The notes below the pieces were generated by a model. The model ran no database searches. It was not told the DNA's origin and saw only the letters and a list, made by a program, of their open reading frames with translations. A DNA stretch of 64,000 nt from Candidatus Bathyarchaeota archaeon. Its GTDB lineage: Archaea; Thermoproteota; Bathyarchaeia; 40CM-2-53-6. The translations under genes were made by a program, and so were the position numbers. Shown in pieces: positions 39,478-50,800 of the stretch. Where the stretch lies: the NCBI GenBank assembly GCA_005888755.1, contig VBBQ01000030.1:68085-132084 (forward strand), written 5' to 3'. Every line of letters starts with the position of its first letter. Within the stretch, counting starts at the first letter, position 1.

Positions 39478-40248
39478 CTAGTTGGGCTGTGAGAGAGATC
39501 GTGCGGGTTCCGGAGGAACAGGCTCTATCGCTCTCATCCTGTAGGACTCTCTGGGATGCTGTTGCGGTCCTTTCGTTATCATACCGTCGCGCATTTCAAA
39601 CAGTCTCTCCGCTCGATCCGCGACCACTGGGTCGTGTGTGACGACTAGGACGGAAGCGTTCTCTTTCTTCGCTGACTCGTACATTATCTGAACTACCTCA
39701 GTGCCTGTCTTCGTGTCCAAGTCTCCTGTTGGTTCGTCGGCGAGGATGATTTTCGGGTGGTTTGCTAGGGCTCGGGCTATGGCAACCCGTTGTTGCTCTC
39801 CCCCGCTCAGTTCATCTGGGAGGTGCGTGAGGCGTTCTTTGAGGCCGACGCGCTCAAGCATCAAGCGGGCTCTTTCTTGGGCAGCTTTCGGTTTCACTCC
39901 GGCGGTTAGCAGAGGCAGTTCCACGTTTTCTAAGGCTGTCAGTACTGGTATGAGATTGTGAAACTGGAAGACGAAGCCGATCTTGTATCGCCTGAGCTTT
40001 GTGAGCTGACCATCCTTCATGCCAGTGATGTCGTCTCCGTCAATCAACACTTTCCCAGATGATGGTTTGTCCAGTGTTCCTATGATATTGAGGAGTGTCG
40101 TCTTTCCCGACCCCGAGGGTCCGGTTATGACTACGAACTCAGCCTGGTACAGGGTGAGGTTGACCCCGCGGAGCGCGTTCACCATGACGTTGCCTAGGCG
40201 ATATGTTTTCTCCAAGTTCGCAACTTGGACTACGGCAGGGGTTTCCAA
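39478..40248 (-). CDS. ABC transporter ATP-binding protein (MacB/LolD-like)
   Basis: Walker A is GPSGSGKTT. The signature is LSGGEQQRVAIARAL. Walker B is ILADEPTGDLD. Confidence 0.9.
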   Translation of the reverse strand: METPAVVQVANLEKTYRLGNVMVNALRGVNLTLYQAEFVVITGPSGSGKTTLLNIIGTLDKPSSGKVLIDGDDITGMKDGQLTKLRRYKIGFVFQFHNLIPVLTALENVELPLLTAGVKPKAAQERARLMLERVGLKERLTHLPDELSGGEQQRVAIARALANHPKIILADEPTGDLDTKTGTEVVQIMYESAKKENASVLVVTHDPVVADRAERLFEMRDGMITKGPQQHPRESYRMRAIEPVPPEPARSLSQPN

Positions 40249-40350
40249 CTAGGCTCAGTCCGCAAGAGGCTAGGAGCCGAGCCCCGAATATCTTCCTTTC
40301 GAGGATAGCTTCCCGAAGCGCTTAAGCCCTGAGAGAATCATTCTCGGACT

Positions 40351-40902
40351 ATGGCTGCTAGGATTGTGATTCTCGATATCGAGACGACATCGCTTGAGGC
40401 GGACGCGGGAACGCTAGTGAGCGCTGGGCTCATGTCGGATGTCGGACGGGGCGAGTATTTGGAGGTGAAGACGACGAGCGACGAAAAGCCGCTTCTATTG
40501 AGGCTCGTGAAGCGATTGGAGAGTTACGATGTCATGGTGACTTGGAATGGTAGGAGCTTCGACATCCCGTTTCTCACGACCCGTCTCATGAAACACGCGC
40601 TTGATCCTAGACCGATTCTCCGCAAGTCGCATATTGATCTTGCTGATATTGTGAAGAGCAGGTTGAGGCTCACGTTCACCTATCTCGATCACGTTTGTGA
40701 CTTCTTCCAGATAGCTCGAAAGAAAGGTCCGATGGGCCTCGACGTCCCACACCTCTATATCCGAGCGCTGGAAGGGGATAGAAAGGCCGCAGCGTCTATA
40801 CGTGAGCACTGCCTTGACGATTTGCGGGCAACCCGGCAAGTTTTCCTGAAGCTCAAGCCTCTGATTGAGCAGCAGCTAGAGTACGCCGAAGGGCAGTCTT
40901 AG
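40351..40902 (+). CDS. RNase-H-like predicted 3'-5' exonuclease (YprB/COG3359-like)
   Basis: ILDIETTS (Exo I) ... WNGRSFDIPFL (Exo II) ... C-terminal D. The pattern fits the PolB-exonuclease-related RNase_H_2 family. Confidence 0.65.
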   Translation: MAARIVILDIETTSLEADAGTLVSAGLMSDVGRGEYLEVKTTSDEKPLLLRLVKRLESYDVMVTWNGRSFDIPFLTTRLMKHALDPRPILRKSHIDLADIVKSRLRLTFTYLDHVCDFFQIARKKGPMGLDVPHLYIRALEGDRKAAASIREHCLDDLRATRQVFLKLKPLIEQQLEYAEGQS

Positions 40903-41556
40903 CCCGAAGAATGTTGCGAGAACTGCGAGGATTGCGAGGTAAACGCCGAAGAGTCCGAGGGTGATTAGGAGGTTTCTTGGCCAGCGTTTGCTCCATGCTA
41001 TTCCGAACGGTACGCCTACTGTGAAGCCTATGACGTGGGCGATGTAGGCGATGCTGGGATCGTAGCCAAGACCAGGGATCAACGTCGGATCGTATACGAG
41101 TGCTACGTTGTAGAGGAAGTAGAGCATGGCTACGAGTCCCTGCGGAGCCATGAAGAGGAACGAAAACTTCAGCGGGTTCATCAGCATCACACAGGCGGCT
41201 AGTGTGAAGATGGCTGCTGAGGCTCCGAGCATGCCGGTGTCGGGTGCGTAGAGTCCAAGGGCGGGAGGGAGGAGGAATGCCGTGAATCCTCCAATGAAGA
41301 AGACGGCGAGGTGGTAGTCTCTGCCGATCATCTTCTCAAGGGTGTTTCCGAACACGAAAAGGAAGAGCATATTTCCGAAGAGATGGGTAGGGCTGGCGTG
41401 GAGGAAGAGGGCGGTGAAGATTGTCCATACTCTTCCGGCCAGTAGGTTGTTCCAGCTGAACACGAAATTTGTGTCGATGAAGTTGGGGTCCTGCTGCCAG
41501 GCCCAGAGGCTCAGGCCTACGCATCCTAGTATGAGTAGATAATTGACCCTCAACAA
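40876..41556 (-). CDS. Rhomboid-family intramembrane serine protease
   Basis: GASAAIF (the catalytic Ser context) and a His in AHVIGF, with 6 TM helices. Confidence 0.8.
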   Translation of the reverse strand: MLRVNYLLILGCVGLSLWAWQQDPNFIDTNFVFSWNNLLAGRVWTIFTALFLHASPTHLFGNMLFLFVFGNTLEKMIGRDYHLAVFFIGGFTAFLLPPALGLYAPDTGMLGASAAIFTLAACVMLMNPLKFSFLFMAPQGLVAMLYFLYNVALVYDPTLIPGLGYDPSIAYIAHVIGFTVGVPFGIAWSKRWPRNLLITLGLFGVYLAILAVLATFFGLRLPFGVL

Positions 41557-41706
41557 GAACCCCTCGAAGCCGCTCTGCCTCTAGGGGCCTATTTCAGAAG
41601 TTCCTAACTACGGCCATATGCTCTTCGTTCTTTTCGGTTCGTTGTGTAAAGACCGTTTGCGCCAAACCCTTTTACCCGCCAGCAAGCCGAGGCCTCGCGT
41701 TCATCC

Positions 41707-42588
41707 TTGGGGTTCAGATCCCAATCCAGAGCCGAAGCCTATCTGCAGCTTACTAAGCCGAAGATAGTGTTGCTGCTGGACTTTACCGCGCTCATGGCTT
41801 TTCTTGTAGCGACACGAGGCATCAACGTGTTCAACCTAGCCGCGGTCTTGGTCGCCGGTACCCTCGCTTCTGGTGGAGCTGGCGCATTGAACTGCTATCT
41901 CGATCGAGACATCGACCAGAGTATGGGGCGCACCAGCCAGAGGCCGATTCCGAAAGGGGAGTTATCACCGTTCAACGCGCTAGCGTTCGGATTGGCACTG
42001 GTAGCTGTTGGAGTCGGAATCTCCCTATTTCTTCTCTCTCTCTGGGCGAGCTTGTTCATCTTTCTCGGTGCTGCGATCTACGTTGGGTTCTATACGAAAT
42101 GGTTGAAGCGTCGGACGACGCTCAACATCGTCCTCGGAGGATCAGCAGGGAGTTGCGCGCCCTTGGCAGGCTGGGCAGCGGCCACAGGAAACGTTGGTGT
42201 GATCGCACCTTGGTTAATGGCTCTGCTCGTCTTTGTCTGGACGCCAAGCCACTTCTGGAGCCTCGCCCTTCGAGCTTCCAACGATTACGCGAAGGCTGGA
42301 ATTCCAATGCTCCCAGTTGTTGTCGGGGACAAGAAGGCCGCCCAGTACATCGCCCTCAACACCTTCCTCCTCGTACCATCCTCCCTCATCTTCGTCCCGC
42401 TGGGAATCTTCGGGATCATCTACCTCGCAATCGCCGGAGCGTTGGGTCTCGGAATGATTATTCTAGACTTGAAGCTGGCTTTCAACCCGACAAAAGCTCA
42501 GGCTTGGACCGCGTTCAAATTCTCGAGCCCATACCTGGCTATTGTGTTTCTCGCGATGGTACTCGACTACCGAATCGTTCTGCACTAG
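41707..42588 (+). CDS. ctaB: Protoheme IX farnesyltransferase (heme O synthase), UbiA family
   Basis: YLQLTKPKIVLL; NCYLDRDIDQSMGRTSQRPIP (NxxxDxxxD); a second Asp-rich motif; about 8 TM helices. Confidence 0.75.
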   Translation: MGFRSQSRAEAYLQLTKPKIVLLLDFTALMAFLVATRGINVFNLAAVLVAGTLASGGAGALNCYLDRDIDQSMGRTSQRPIPKGELSPFNALAFGLALVAVGVGISLFLLSLWASLFIFLGAAIYVGFYTKWLKRRTTLNIVLGGSAGSCAPLAGWAAATGNVGVIAPWLMALLVFVWTPSHFWSLALRASNDYAKAGIPMLPVVVGDKKAAQYIALNTFLLVPSSLIFVPLGIFGIIYLAIAGALGLGMIILDLKLAFNPTKAQAWTAFKFSSPYLAIVFLAMVLDYRIVLH

Positions 42589-42602
42589 ACAGCCAGTCAG
42601 GA

Positions 42603-43199
42603 TCACCGGATCAGTTTCAAGAGGTTTCGGAGGATCATCATACCATGTGGATGCTCGTCATTCGACCGCTCGGGATGGAACTGGACGCCGTAGATCGGCT
42701 CTGACCTGTGTACCATCGCTTCGACCTTGGACGTCGTTGATTGCGCCAGATGTTGGAACGCGTCGGGGACTTTGGTAAGTTCCTGCCGGTGTGATTCCGC
42801 AACCATCAGGTCGGAGGGTAGTCCATCGAACAATGGATGCTTCTTGACGATGCTTACTTTTTCGTAGCCGCGGAGCATTTGGCCAAGGTCCCGCATCGGG
42901 ACGTCAAAGGCTGACCCGATGATCTGATGTCCATAGCATATTCCTAGAATCGGAAACTTGGCCTTTCTGACAAGGTCTATCTCGGGCTGGAATAGCTCTC
43001 GGGTTCTAGGTTTTGAGAGCAGGGCGCTGGACCCTGTAAGAATTACTAGGTCCGGTTCGGATTCTACAACTCTACGGTAAAGGTCGGGCTCGTTGAAGTC
43101 TATCTTCTCTGTCGACTGTCCGCTGCATCTTTCTATGTTCTGGACTGCTCTCTCAGTCTGTCCGGGTTGTTTGTAGTTATTTACAACTACGATTTTCAA
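42603..43199 (-). CDS. Class-I glutamine amidotransferase domain protein
   Basis: FPILGICYGHQIIG (nucleophile elbow) ... GVQFHPERS (the His/Glu end of the triad). Confidence 0.8.
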   Translation of the reverse strand: MKIVVVNNYKQPGQTERAVQNIERCSGQSTEKIDFNEPDLYRRVVESEPDLVILTGSSALLSKPRTRELFQPEIDLVRKAKFPILGICYGHQIIGSAFDVPMRDLGQMLRGYEKVSIVKKHPLFDGLPSDLMVAESHRQELTKVPDAFQHLAQSTTSKVEAMVHRSEPIYGVQFHPERSNDEHPHGMMILRNLLKLIR

Positions 43200-43202
43200 G
43201 GT

Positions 43203-44349
43203 TTAGAGAGCAGCGAGGAGTTTGTCGATTTCCTCCTCTGTATTGTAATAGTGGGGTGACGCACGCAGCGCGTGAACCCTGCTCGCGACCGTGATGTTCA
43301 ACTTCTTCAACCTCTCATATGTGGCTCCGGGCTCGGGGTCCTCGAAGACCACGATTCCGCTTCGCCTGTCAGATTGTAGTGGTGTCAGGATCTTGCGTCC
43401 TTTCTTCTTCAAACCCTCGATAAGATGTTCTGTGACTTTCAGGACTCTGTGGGACCTTTCAGCTTGGTCATGTTTCAACGCGAATTCCAAGGCGGCTTTG
43501 GCTTACTCCCCAACTTCCACCTTCAAACATCGTCGCGTCGGGCGCAGGTACTGTCTCTTCGATGTTGAACGGTTTTCCGAACAGGTCCTGCTGGCTTGTG
43601 AGTCTCCTAACAACGGAGTCTTGGACTCCGTGCCAGCCGACATAGTTCGGGTCCAGATCCTTCAGCCTGTCATGTTTCGTGTAGACAAAAGCCGCGCCGT
43701 GAGGTCCCTGCATCCACTTGTACATCCCGCAGACAAGCGCATCAACACCATCCTGTCGGACGTCGAGCGGGAAGACTCCGAGCGAGTGGAACGAGTCGGC
43801 TATGACAAAAGCATCGTGCTCGTGAGCGATCTTTGCAATCTCGCGAATCTTCTCTCTGCAACCGTTTGTCCACGAGACATAGTCGACGGAAACGATCGAG
43901 GTATCATCGTCGATCGCTTTCTCCCACTGTTCGAGTGGGATCGTGCCGTTTTGATCACGATGTAACAGTCGAACATCTTTCGCTCGGCCGTGTTTTTTCT
44001 GGAGGTGCCAGAGGTAGATGTTTGTGGGAAAGTTGAGCTCGCTGATAACAATGTTTCCGCTCGGTTTGTAGTGTAGGCTGCTTGCCAACGCTGTAAGCGC
44101 GCTAGTAACATTCGGGACAGATGCAACCTCATCCAACGCGGCTCCGCCGATCATTTTTCCGAAGAGCCGGCGAGATTCGATGATGAGTGGTAGCCATTCT
44201 TCCCAGTTCTCACCATACTCACGCCAGTCAGCCATGTACTCGTTGATCGCATTGAGTACCGGTATTGATGGCGGGCCTGTTCCAGCATTGTCGAAGTATG
44301 CTCTTCGAGAAGTGACCGGGATCTGTTTTCTTACAAGGTCGACGTTCAA
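43203..44349 (-). pseudogene. Class-V aminotransferase / cysteine-desulfurase-like gene split by a frameshift near 43470-43500
   Basis: ORF 43468-44349 carries the N-terminal and PLP domains (YFDNAGTGPP...). ORF 43203-43490 carries the conserved C-terminus (GIVVFEDPE...RASPHYYNTEEEIDKL). The two overlap by 23 nt in different frames. Confidence 0.75.
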
Positions 44350-44426
44350 AGAGACACCGTTCTCGTGCTAGAGGTTTGTTTCGAAACCGGGTATAAAGGC
44401 AGTTCTAAAAGATTGGAGGGTCCGAT

Positions 44427-44753
44427 CTAAATCTCGAGATCATCATCCCTGGGGTCACCGTAGAATTCTCTATGATTTGTCTTGTCGGAAAGACAGTTCT
44501 TACACCAGAACCGGTTCAGCTGGGGACTGTACTGGGCGTAGCTGTCGGTGACAATGTTTCCGCAATGGCCGCAACGGACGATGAGCACCTTTCGCAGTTT
44601 ATGGTTGGGTAAGTCCCTCCTGTGGCGTTCGATATCTGTGTCGCCGGGTTCGAGTACCATGTTACAGTTTTCACAATAGTAGATCGTGTCGAGAATCGCC
44701 TTGTCACGTTCGTCTACCCAGCCCTCAGCCAAGGTCCCAATAGTCGCCTCCAC
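44427..44753 (-). CDS. Small Cys-rich zinc-ribbon protein (108 aa)
   Basis: CENCN...CGHCGN...CKNC gives three CxxC pairs. Confidence 0.5.
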   Translation of the reverse strand: MEATIGTLAEGWVDERDKAILDTIYYCENCNMVLEPGDTDIERHRRDLPNHKLRKVLIVRCGHCGNIVTDSYAQYSPQLNRFWCKNCLSDKTNHREFYGDPRDDDLEI

Positions 44754-44942
44754 CTCAACTAGGTCTCGTCTGTGTTTGAAAAGCTGCGTTTTTCTTGCCT
44801 CGGGTTACCTTGAACAAAGCAATCGAGAATGCTGGTTCAGGAGAGCTCGGTGTTTCTCGGCATGTACGGAGCTTGCCTTCTCTCCCCCATCTTCCGATAA
44901 ACTTATACTGACAGTACCTCCTTCGCGATTTTCTGAAGAATC

Positions 44943-47813
44943 GTGCGGGCGAAAACGCCGATTCTAACTATCATCCTCACATTGACCATACTAACAGTCC
45001 TACCCAGCTCCCTGTCTTCGGGTCGCGCTGTAGCTCAGAGTGGTTTCACGCCATGGTCTCCATTCGGTCCCCAAGAAAAGAAGCTCATCATAACCGATTA
45101 TGGAGATCTCAACGGCATGTTAAACGCGTTCCAGAACGGACAGATCGATATCCCTGACTCTCCGCTGGGAGTCGCAGGCACCTCATCGTGTATTAATGCA
45201 AACTTCTTCTGTACCAGCCCAACCTCGGAATTCGGGATCTTTCAGCTAGACATCAACCACCGCATACCGTTCTTGGGAATTTCACTTCAAGAGAATCGAT
45301 CCGCTCCCCCTCCCTCGCTTATTCTGCCTGTTACCACAGGCCCAGGTTGTTCAGCAGGATTCGGCCAGTTAATCGTCCAACTTCGCAACCAGGAGCAGGG
45401 CAACGCGGTTATTCTTGACAGTCTGAACAAGTTGACTATCTCAAACCAGCCTAGCGGTTCGCCGTCAGCCACTGTAGGCGATTCTGGCGGAGTCAACCCG
45501 ACGGGCACCTATGTTTTCCCGTGCATCTTAGGCGGTACCTACGCGATCAGCTCCAGCGTCTATAACAGTAACTCTTCCTGTTCGTCCGTGACGCCGACGA
45601 TTTGTGTATCCGTCGGCGGCGGTCAAACTGTGACAACTACGCTCCTCGTAGATTGGAACAGTCCCAGCACGAAGCAACCGTCACAGGCAGGAGTCTACGT
45701 TGGACGTGCGCTTTCTCACCTCTTGGACAAGCCGAGCTTCATCCAGGGAGTGTTCGGGAATTTGGCAACGTTCGACGACGAACAAGTTGCTCCATCCCAG
45801 AATGTTCCCGGCCTCTTTTCGAACACGGCTGAGTGCTCCGATCATCTTTGGTTCAGTCCATGCAATCCGGTATCCGGGTACAACTTTGTCAGCGACAGCG
45901 TAGGTGGCGGTTCAGAATGGTGGACTCTCCCCGGCCAGGCGAACGGTGTCAGCTTGGGATATTCAGGCGTGTCTGATCTTAGAGCTGCTTGCGACGATTT
46001 TGTCAAGGCCGGCTTTACGGTTGTAGGTGGAGCAAATTCAACGGACTGCGGAGACGTCGCTCTGGCCTCTCAAGGCTCCGTCGCCCTCTCCACCTATGCA
46101 CACCTGGACAACAGGGGGCAACACGTGTTCAACGCGTGGAGGACAAACCAAGGACGAAAAGAATTCGGAATCATCCTTAGTGATACGATCAACTTTCTCT
46201 TCGGGACACCAAACAACGGTTGCACAGTTCTCTACTGGGGCACATCTTGTACGCCGAAGGGAGCAACATTCTCCCAGAGCCTTTGCGTCCTCCAGCAAGC
46301 CTGCGCGTGGAACATCTACCAGGGAGGCTGGGACCTAAGCCCCTTCCCGCAGCAACTATACGACGACTACCACAGCTCCTTCGGATCAAGCTTTTGCGGC
46401 GGTCCTCCAGTCGTAACCCTCGCAAACTACCCTGTATACTGCGATCCTGCGCTTGATACATATGCAGCGGCTGGAGAGTTCAGTCCCACCCTGCCCCAGT
46501 CTACCCAGTTCTTCGCCAAGGCTGCCGCGACAGGTACGTCAAATGGAATGACAGATCCAGCCTTCACGCGCATAGACCAATTCCTGGCTCTGAACGGCTG
46601 GAACTTCCAACAGTGCACCGGGTCCCCACCTCCATGCTTCTCACGGTCGAGTCTCGTCAACACTCTCGGCCGCGGATTCCTCGCTGGCTACGGGTACTGG
46701 TCACTGCTGAACATGCGGCAAGTGCCCGGTTATGTTCCGCCTAGTCCAGGGTTCGCTCCTGGAGGCGGGGATCCGGATCTGATTCGTCGAGGCTTCAGCC
46801 AGGACATCTTCAGCATGAGCCCGTTCCAGGCCTACACGAACACTGAAAGGGAGATTGTAAGCCTCCTCTACGACTCCCTGCTGCAAGCGAACCCGATGAC
46901 CGGAGGGGCAGATGGCCAGATCGTAGACTGGCAAACCATTGCCCACTCTTCCACTTTCAACCCGAGCGAAGTCTCATGCAACACCCTCAACGGTTGCATT
47001 ACCGGAACAACAACGTCCATTTGGCAGCTTAGGAATGATATCAAATTCCAAGACGGAACCCCGCTGACGGCGGATGATGTCGTTTACACAATTCTCTCCT
47101 TCAGAGATGTCCCGGCAATTTACTACCAATATCTTGTGAGTAGTGTTTCCAGTGCAACTGCGCTTAGCTCTCGCACTGTACAGATCAAACTACAAGGTCA
47201 GAGTGCCTTCGGAATGTCTGACCTGGGTTCCGTGCCAATAATCCCCCGCCACATCTGGGAGCCGGTCTGTGGTCCCATCGTGAACGGAGGTATCCCTGGC
47301 GGGTCGACATCTCCATGCGCGGATCCCACGTTTGATCCGATGGCTCAAGGCATCATGATCGGCGGCGGGCCTTGGCAGTGCATCGTGCCTGTCGGATTTC
47401 CTAACGCGGGTCACGTGGGAGGATCTTGCGTAGAGCCAGTCTGCCAACCGGCTTGCGTGGGAGGCCAAGTAGTCCAAATCGGCACAAAGATCCTGTTAAC
47501 ACGCTACGACGGGTTCGCCAGATGCTGCCCGGACGACACGTCCAGCAGTCTCTACAAGCTAAGCTGGGCCGACAAGAACAACGATGGAATCGTCAACATC
47601 CTCGACTTGGCAAATATCGCAGCTCATTACGGACAGCCAGATCCATACTGGGTCAACTCAAACATCGCCCCAGGATCAACGGTCAACGCCGTGGACCTTG
47701 CGACCGTTGCGATCTACTTTGGCCACGGAACCATCTATCCATTCCGACCCTTACAACTTACCGATTTGGACCCGCAAATAGATCCATTCTTCTGCCCCGC
47801 CACGGGATGTTAG
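44943..47813 (+). CDS. Secreted giant paralog A (956 aa). Signal peptide, Cys-rich N-terminal region, divergent SBP-family-5 (OppA/DppA-like) segment, C-terminal dockerin-type repeat.
   Basis: GTG start. Signal peptide with an AxA site. The block IWQLRNDIKFQDGTPLTADDVVYTI matches the SBP_bac_5 signature. GGGPWQCIVPVG is also present. The C-terminus ADKNNDGIVNILDLANIAAHYG is a DxNxDGxVNxxD dockerin/EF-hand-like repeat. Confidence 0.7.
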   Translation: MRAKTPILTIILTLTILTVLPSSLSSGRAVAQSGFTPWSPFGPQEKKLIITDYGDLNGMLNAFQNGQIDIPDSPLGVAGTSSCINANFFCTSPTSEFGIFQLDINHRIPFLGISLQENRSAPPPSLILPVTTGPGCSAGFGQLIVQLRNQEQGNAVILDSLNKLTISNQPSGSPSATVGDSGGVNPTGTYVFPCILGGTYAISSSVYNSNSSCSSVTPTICVSVGGGQTVTTTLLVDWNSPSTKQPSQAGVYVGRALSHLLDKPSFIQGVFGNLATFDDEQVAPSQNVPGLFSNTAECSDHLWFSPCNPVSGYNFVSDSVGGGSEWWTLPGQANGVSLGYSGVSDLRAACDDFVKAGFTVVGGANSTDCGDVALASQGSVALSTYAHLDNRGQHVFNAWRTNQGRKEFGIILSDTINFLFGTPNNGCTVLYWGTSCTPKGATFSQSLCVLQQACAWNIYQGGWDLSPFPQQLYDDYHSSFGSSFCGGPPVVTLANYPVYCDPALDTYAAAGEFSPTLPQSTQFFAKAAATGTSNGMTDPAFTRIDQFLALNGWNFQQCTGSPPPCFSRSSLVNTLGRGFLAGYGYWSLLNMRQVPGYVPPSPGFAPGGGDPDLIRRGFSQDIFSMSPFQAYTNTEREIVSLLYDSLLQANPMTGGADGQIVDWQTIAHSSTFNPSEVSCNTLNGCITGTTTSIWQLRNDIKFQDGTPLTADDVVYTILSFRDVPAIYYQYLVSSVSSATALSSRTVQIKLQGQSAFGMSDLGSVPIIPRHIWEPVCGPIVNGGIPGGSTSPCADPTFDPMAQGIMIGGGPWQCIVPVGFPNAGHVGGSCVEPVCQPACVGGQVVQIGTKILLTRYDGFARCCPDDTSSSLYKLSWADKNNDGIVNILDLANIAAHYGQPDPYWVNSNIAPGSTVNAVDLATVAIYFGHGTIYPFRPLQLTDLDPQIDPFFCPATGC

Positions 47814-47820
47814 AGACTTT

Positions 47821-50800
47821 TTGCTTAGGGTTCTCAGTCTAGCTGTGATTCTCAGTCTGTCTGTTCTTATGCTGTTGCCGGGAACGTATGCTCCGGTCCG
47901 TGCGCTCAGTCAGGCGTTCTATAGATTCTCGCCTTTCGGGCCTTTCACCCAGCAGTTGATCATCCACTTCTACTCAGACTTTGACGTTATGTTCTCTCAC
48001 TTCCAGCAGGGAGAGATCGACATCAGCGACTGGCAACTACAATCCCAGAACGCCATCAACACCTTCTGCAACAACGCCGACTTCTTCTGCACCTTGCCTC
48101 AGCCCGAGCTTGGTTATTTCGGGGAGCAGATTAACAATCATCCTTCGTTCATGGGGATTCCACTACGTCAAAACAGAACTATCAACCCAGCCTCGTTTAC
48201 CTCAACTAGCTCTGCGACAGGCTGCAATACTGGTTTCGGCTCGTTGATCATTACTCTCCTGAACCAGGAGACTAGCACGACTGTCCTAGACCCGCTGAAC
48301 ACTGTGACTGCAGCTAACCAACCGAGCGGTTCACCCTCCGTTACCTCTAGCGATTCTGGAGGAACAACTCCCAACGGTGTTTACGTTGTCCCGTGCATCC
48401 TTGCTGGAAACTATGCCCTCCGTTCAAGTGTTTACAATGGAACTGGGTCAGCTGGACCGGTCATTGTCAATATTGCCAGTGCAACAGTTACGAGTGGCAC
48501 CTTCAACGTCAACTGGAACAGTCCGAGCAACGTTCGGCCAACCCAAGCACGAGCGCTGTTCGGCGCTGCCATGGCCCACCTGCTGGACGACCCAGCGTTC
48601 GTCCGCACTGAATTGACAGGTGTGGCCGAATCGCCCTGCTCGTTCTGGGTTCCAGCACAAGGTGGAGCTTGTCCGACAGGCACTACCGCAGAATACCTGT
48701 GTCAGACCGCTCCGACGTTCTGTCCGACTGCAAATCCGGCAGGAGGTTTGCCAACTGAGGTCGATATTGCTGAATGTCAGTTCAACAATCACCCCTGGCT
48801 GAACGTTGTCGGCTGCTCACCCGATGCGACTGGACATGATGTCGGGCCCTACCACATCTCTGACAGCACCGTAACCGTGAAAACCAGTTTCTGGAATACA
48901 GGAACGCCATTCCTTGTCACGGGATATGCAGGATACGCTGGTCACGATGACTTGAGGGCCGCTTGCGACGATTTCCTCTCAATGGGTCTCACACTCTCAC
49001 CACCAACCGCCACATGCAACGACGTGGCTAACGCAGCCAGCCTAAACGCAGATCCCGGTGCCTATGCCCATTTCGTGCCCGCTGGAAGTGGACACATTTT
49101 GGACTTCATAAGAACGTCTATTGGAAGGCAACAGTCTGGCCAGATTATCGCTGACACGTTGAACTTTCTCTTCGGAACACCCCAGAACAGAGACACCCAG
49201 GCTGGATTTGTCGGCACCGTTTGCTATTTGTTGTGTCCTCAGTATACTCGACATTACTGCAGCTTCAGTTTTCAGTGTTCTCCAATCGTCTTCGAGGACA
49301 CGTCGCTCTCCGGGGGAAGCCCGGATGCCTGGCAACTATACACAGAGGGGCAAGGTTTTGATCCTACCCCCGACCAGTTTTTCATTAACAGAAACAGTGT
49401 TAACACGGGTCAAGTCTGTGCCGGTGTGCCCGTGTTCAAGCCGAACAACTACGAATTCTGGTGCGATCCCCAATCCGACACTTGGAGTAGCGCAGGGGAA
49501 TTCGCCCCCACAGCGACTTTGTCAGGGCAGTTCTTCCAAAGGAATATCCTAACCGAGCTCAACAACGCGGTGGACATTCCAGGCTTCTCATTCGTCGATA
49601 CTTTCGTTGAGAATAATGGCTGGAATTTCGCACAATGCAACGGAGTAGCGTGCCTCAACTCACAGTCGAGCATCGTCAACACCGTAGGCTTCGGCACGCA
49701 AGCCGGTGGAGCCTATTTCTCACTGCTGAACGCGAGACAGGTTCCGGGATACAATCCATGCTCTGTTCAAGGTGCTCCGGCCAATTGTGCTTCTTATGCT
49801 CCTGGAGGAGGTAACCCGAACATTATTCGTCGTGGCTTCTCGCAGGACACCAGTAATCTTAGTCCGTTCACGTTCAACAGCATCTGGGAAGGAGACGTGC
49901 TCAGCTCAATTTTTGACACAATGCTACAGCCGAATCCCAACACGGGCGGTGGAGGGGCCCAGTACATCGACTGGGGAACCACAAGACACAGTTCTTTCTT
50001 CAACCCGAATGAGGTTGGATGCAACTCGATTGTCGGATGTGCTACGGGTGTCACAACCCAGATCTGGCACTTACGGAACGACTGGAAGTTCTCGGACGGC
50101 AACGACGTTAAGGCGACTGACGTTGCTTACAGTATTATCGCCTATCGCGATGTACCCTCTTCCCTGCTGCAGAGCTATGTGCTAAACGTCGTCAGCGCTA
50201 CCGGTCTTGACTGCGGGCCGGGACAGACATGCAAGACGCTCCAAGTGAAGCTCCAGACCCAGTGTCAAAATCCACAGTTCTGCTCCTTCAGCTCACCTTC
50301 TCTTTTCGATTTCAACATCGGTGCCACTCAGTTTGTTCTCGAAAAGTCGCTATGGGCACCTTACTGCGGGGATCCGCCGGTTCCAAATGGAACCTGCGCT
50401 AGCCCAGTGTTCGACCCGATGTATCCAAGCGCTAATAGCCCGGGTATCGAGGTAGGACCAGGACCTTGGTCGTGCATTGCTCCGATATCTGGAACAGGCG
50501 TTTCAGCAGGCCACGTCGGTGGACCTTGCGCTGAAACCGCAGCTGGTGTCTTGACAGGCAGCGCAATCATAACCGACGGCAAGATTCTCTTGTCAGAGAA
50601 CACCAACTTTGCACGCTGCTGTCCAAACGGCCCTTCCGCACTCACAAGCTCTCTGTACAAGATCAGCTACGCGGATCACAATAACGATGGAGTGGTCAAC
50701 ATACTAGACTTAGCTGATGTCGCTTCGCACTTTGGAACAGCTGACCCGTACTGGGTCAACTCGAACATTGGATCAGGCACAACAGTCGGAGCAGAAGACC

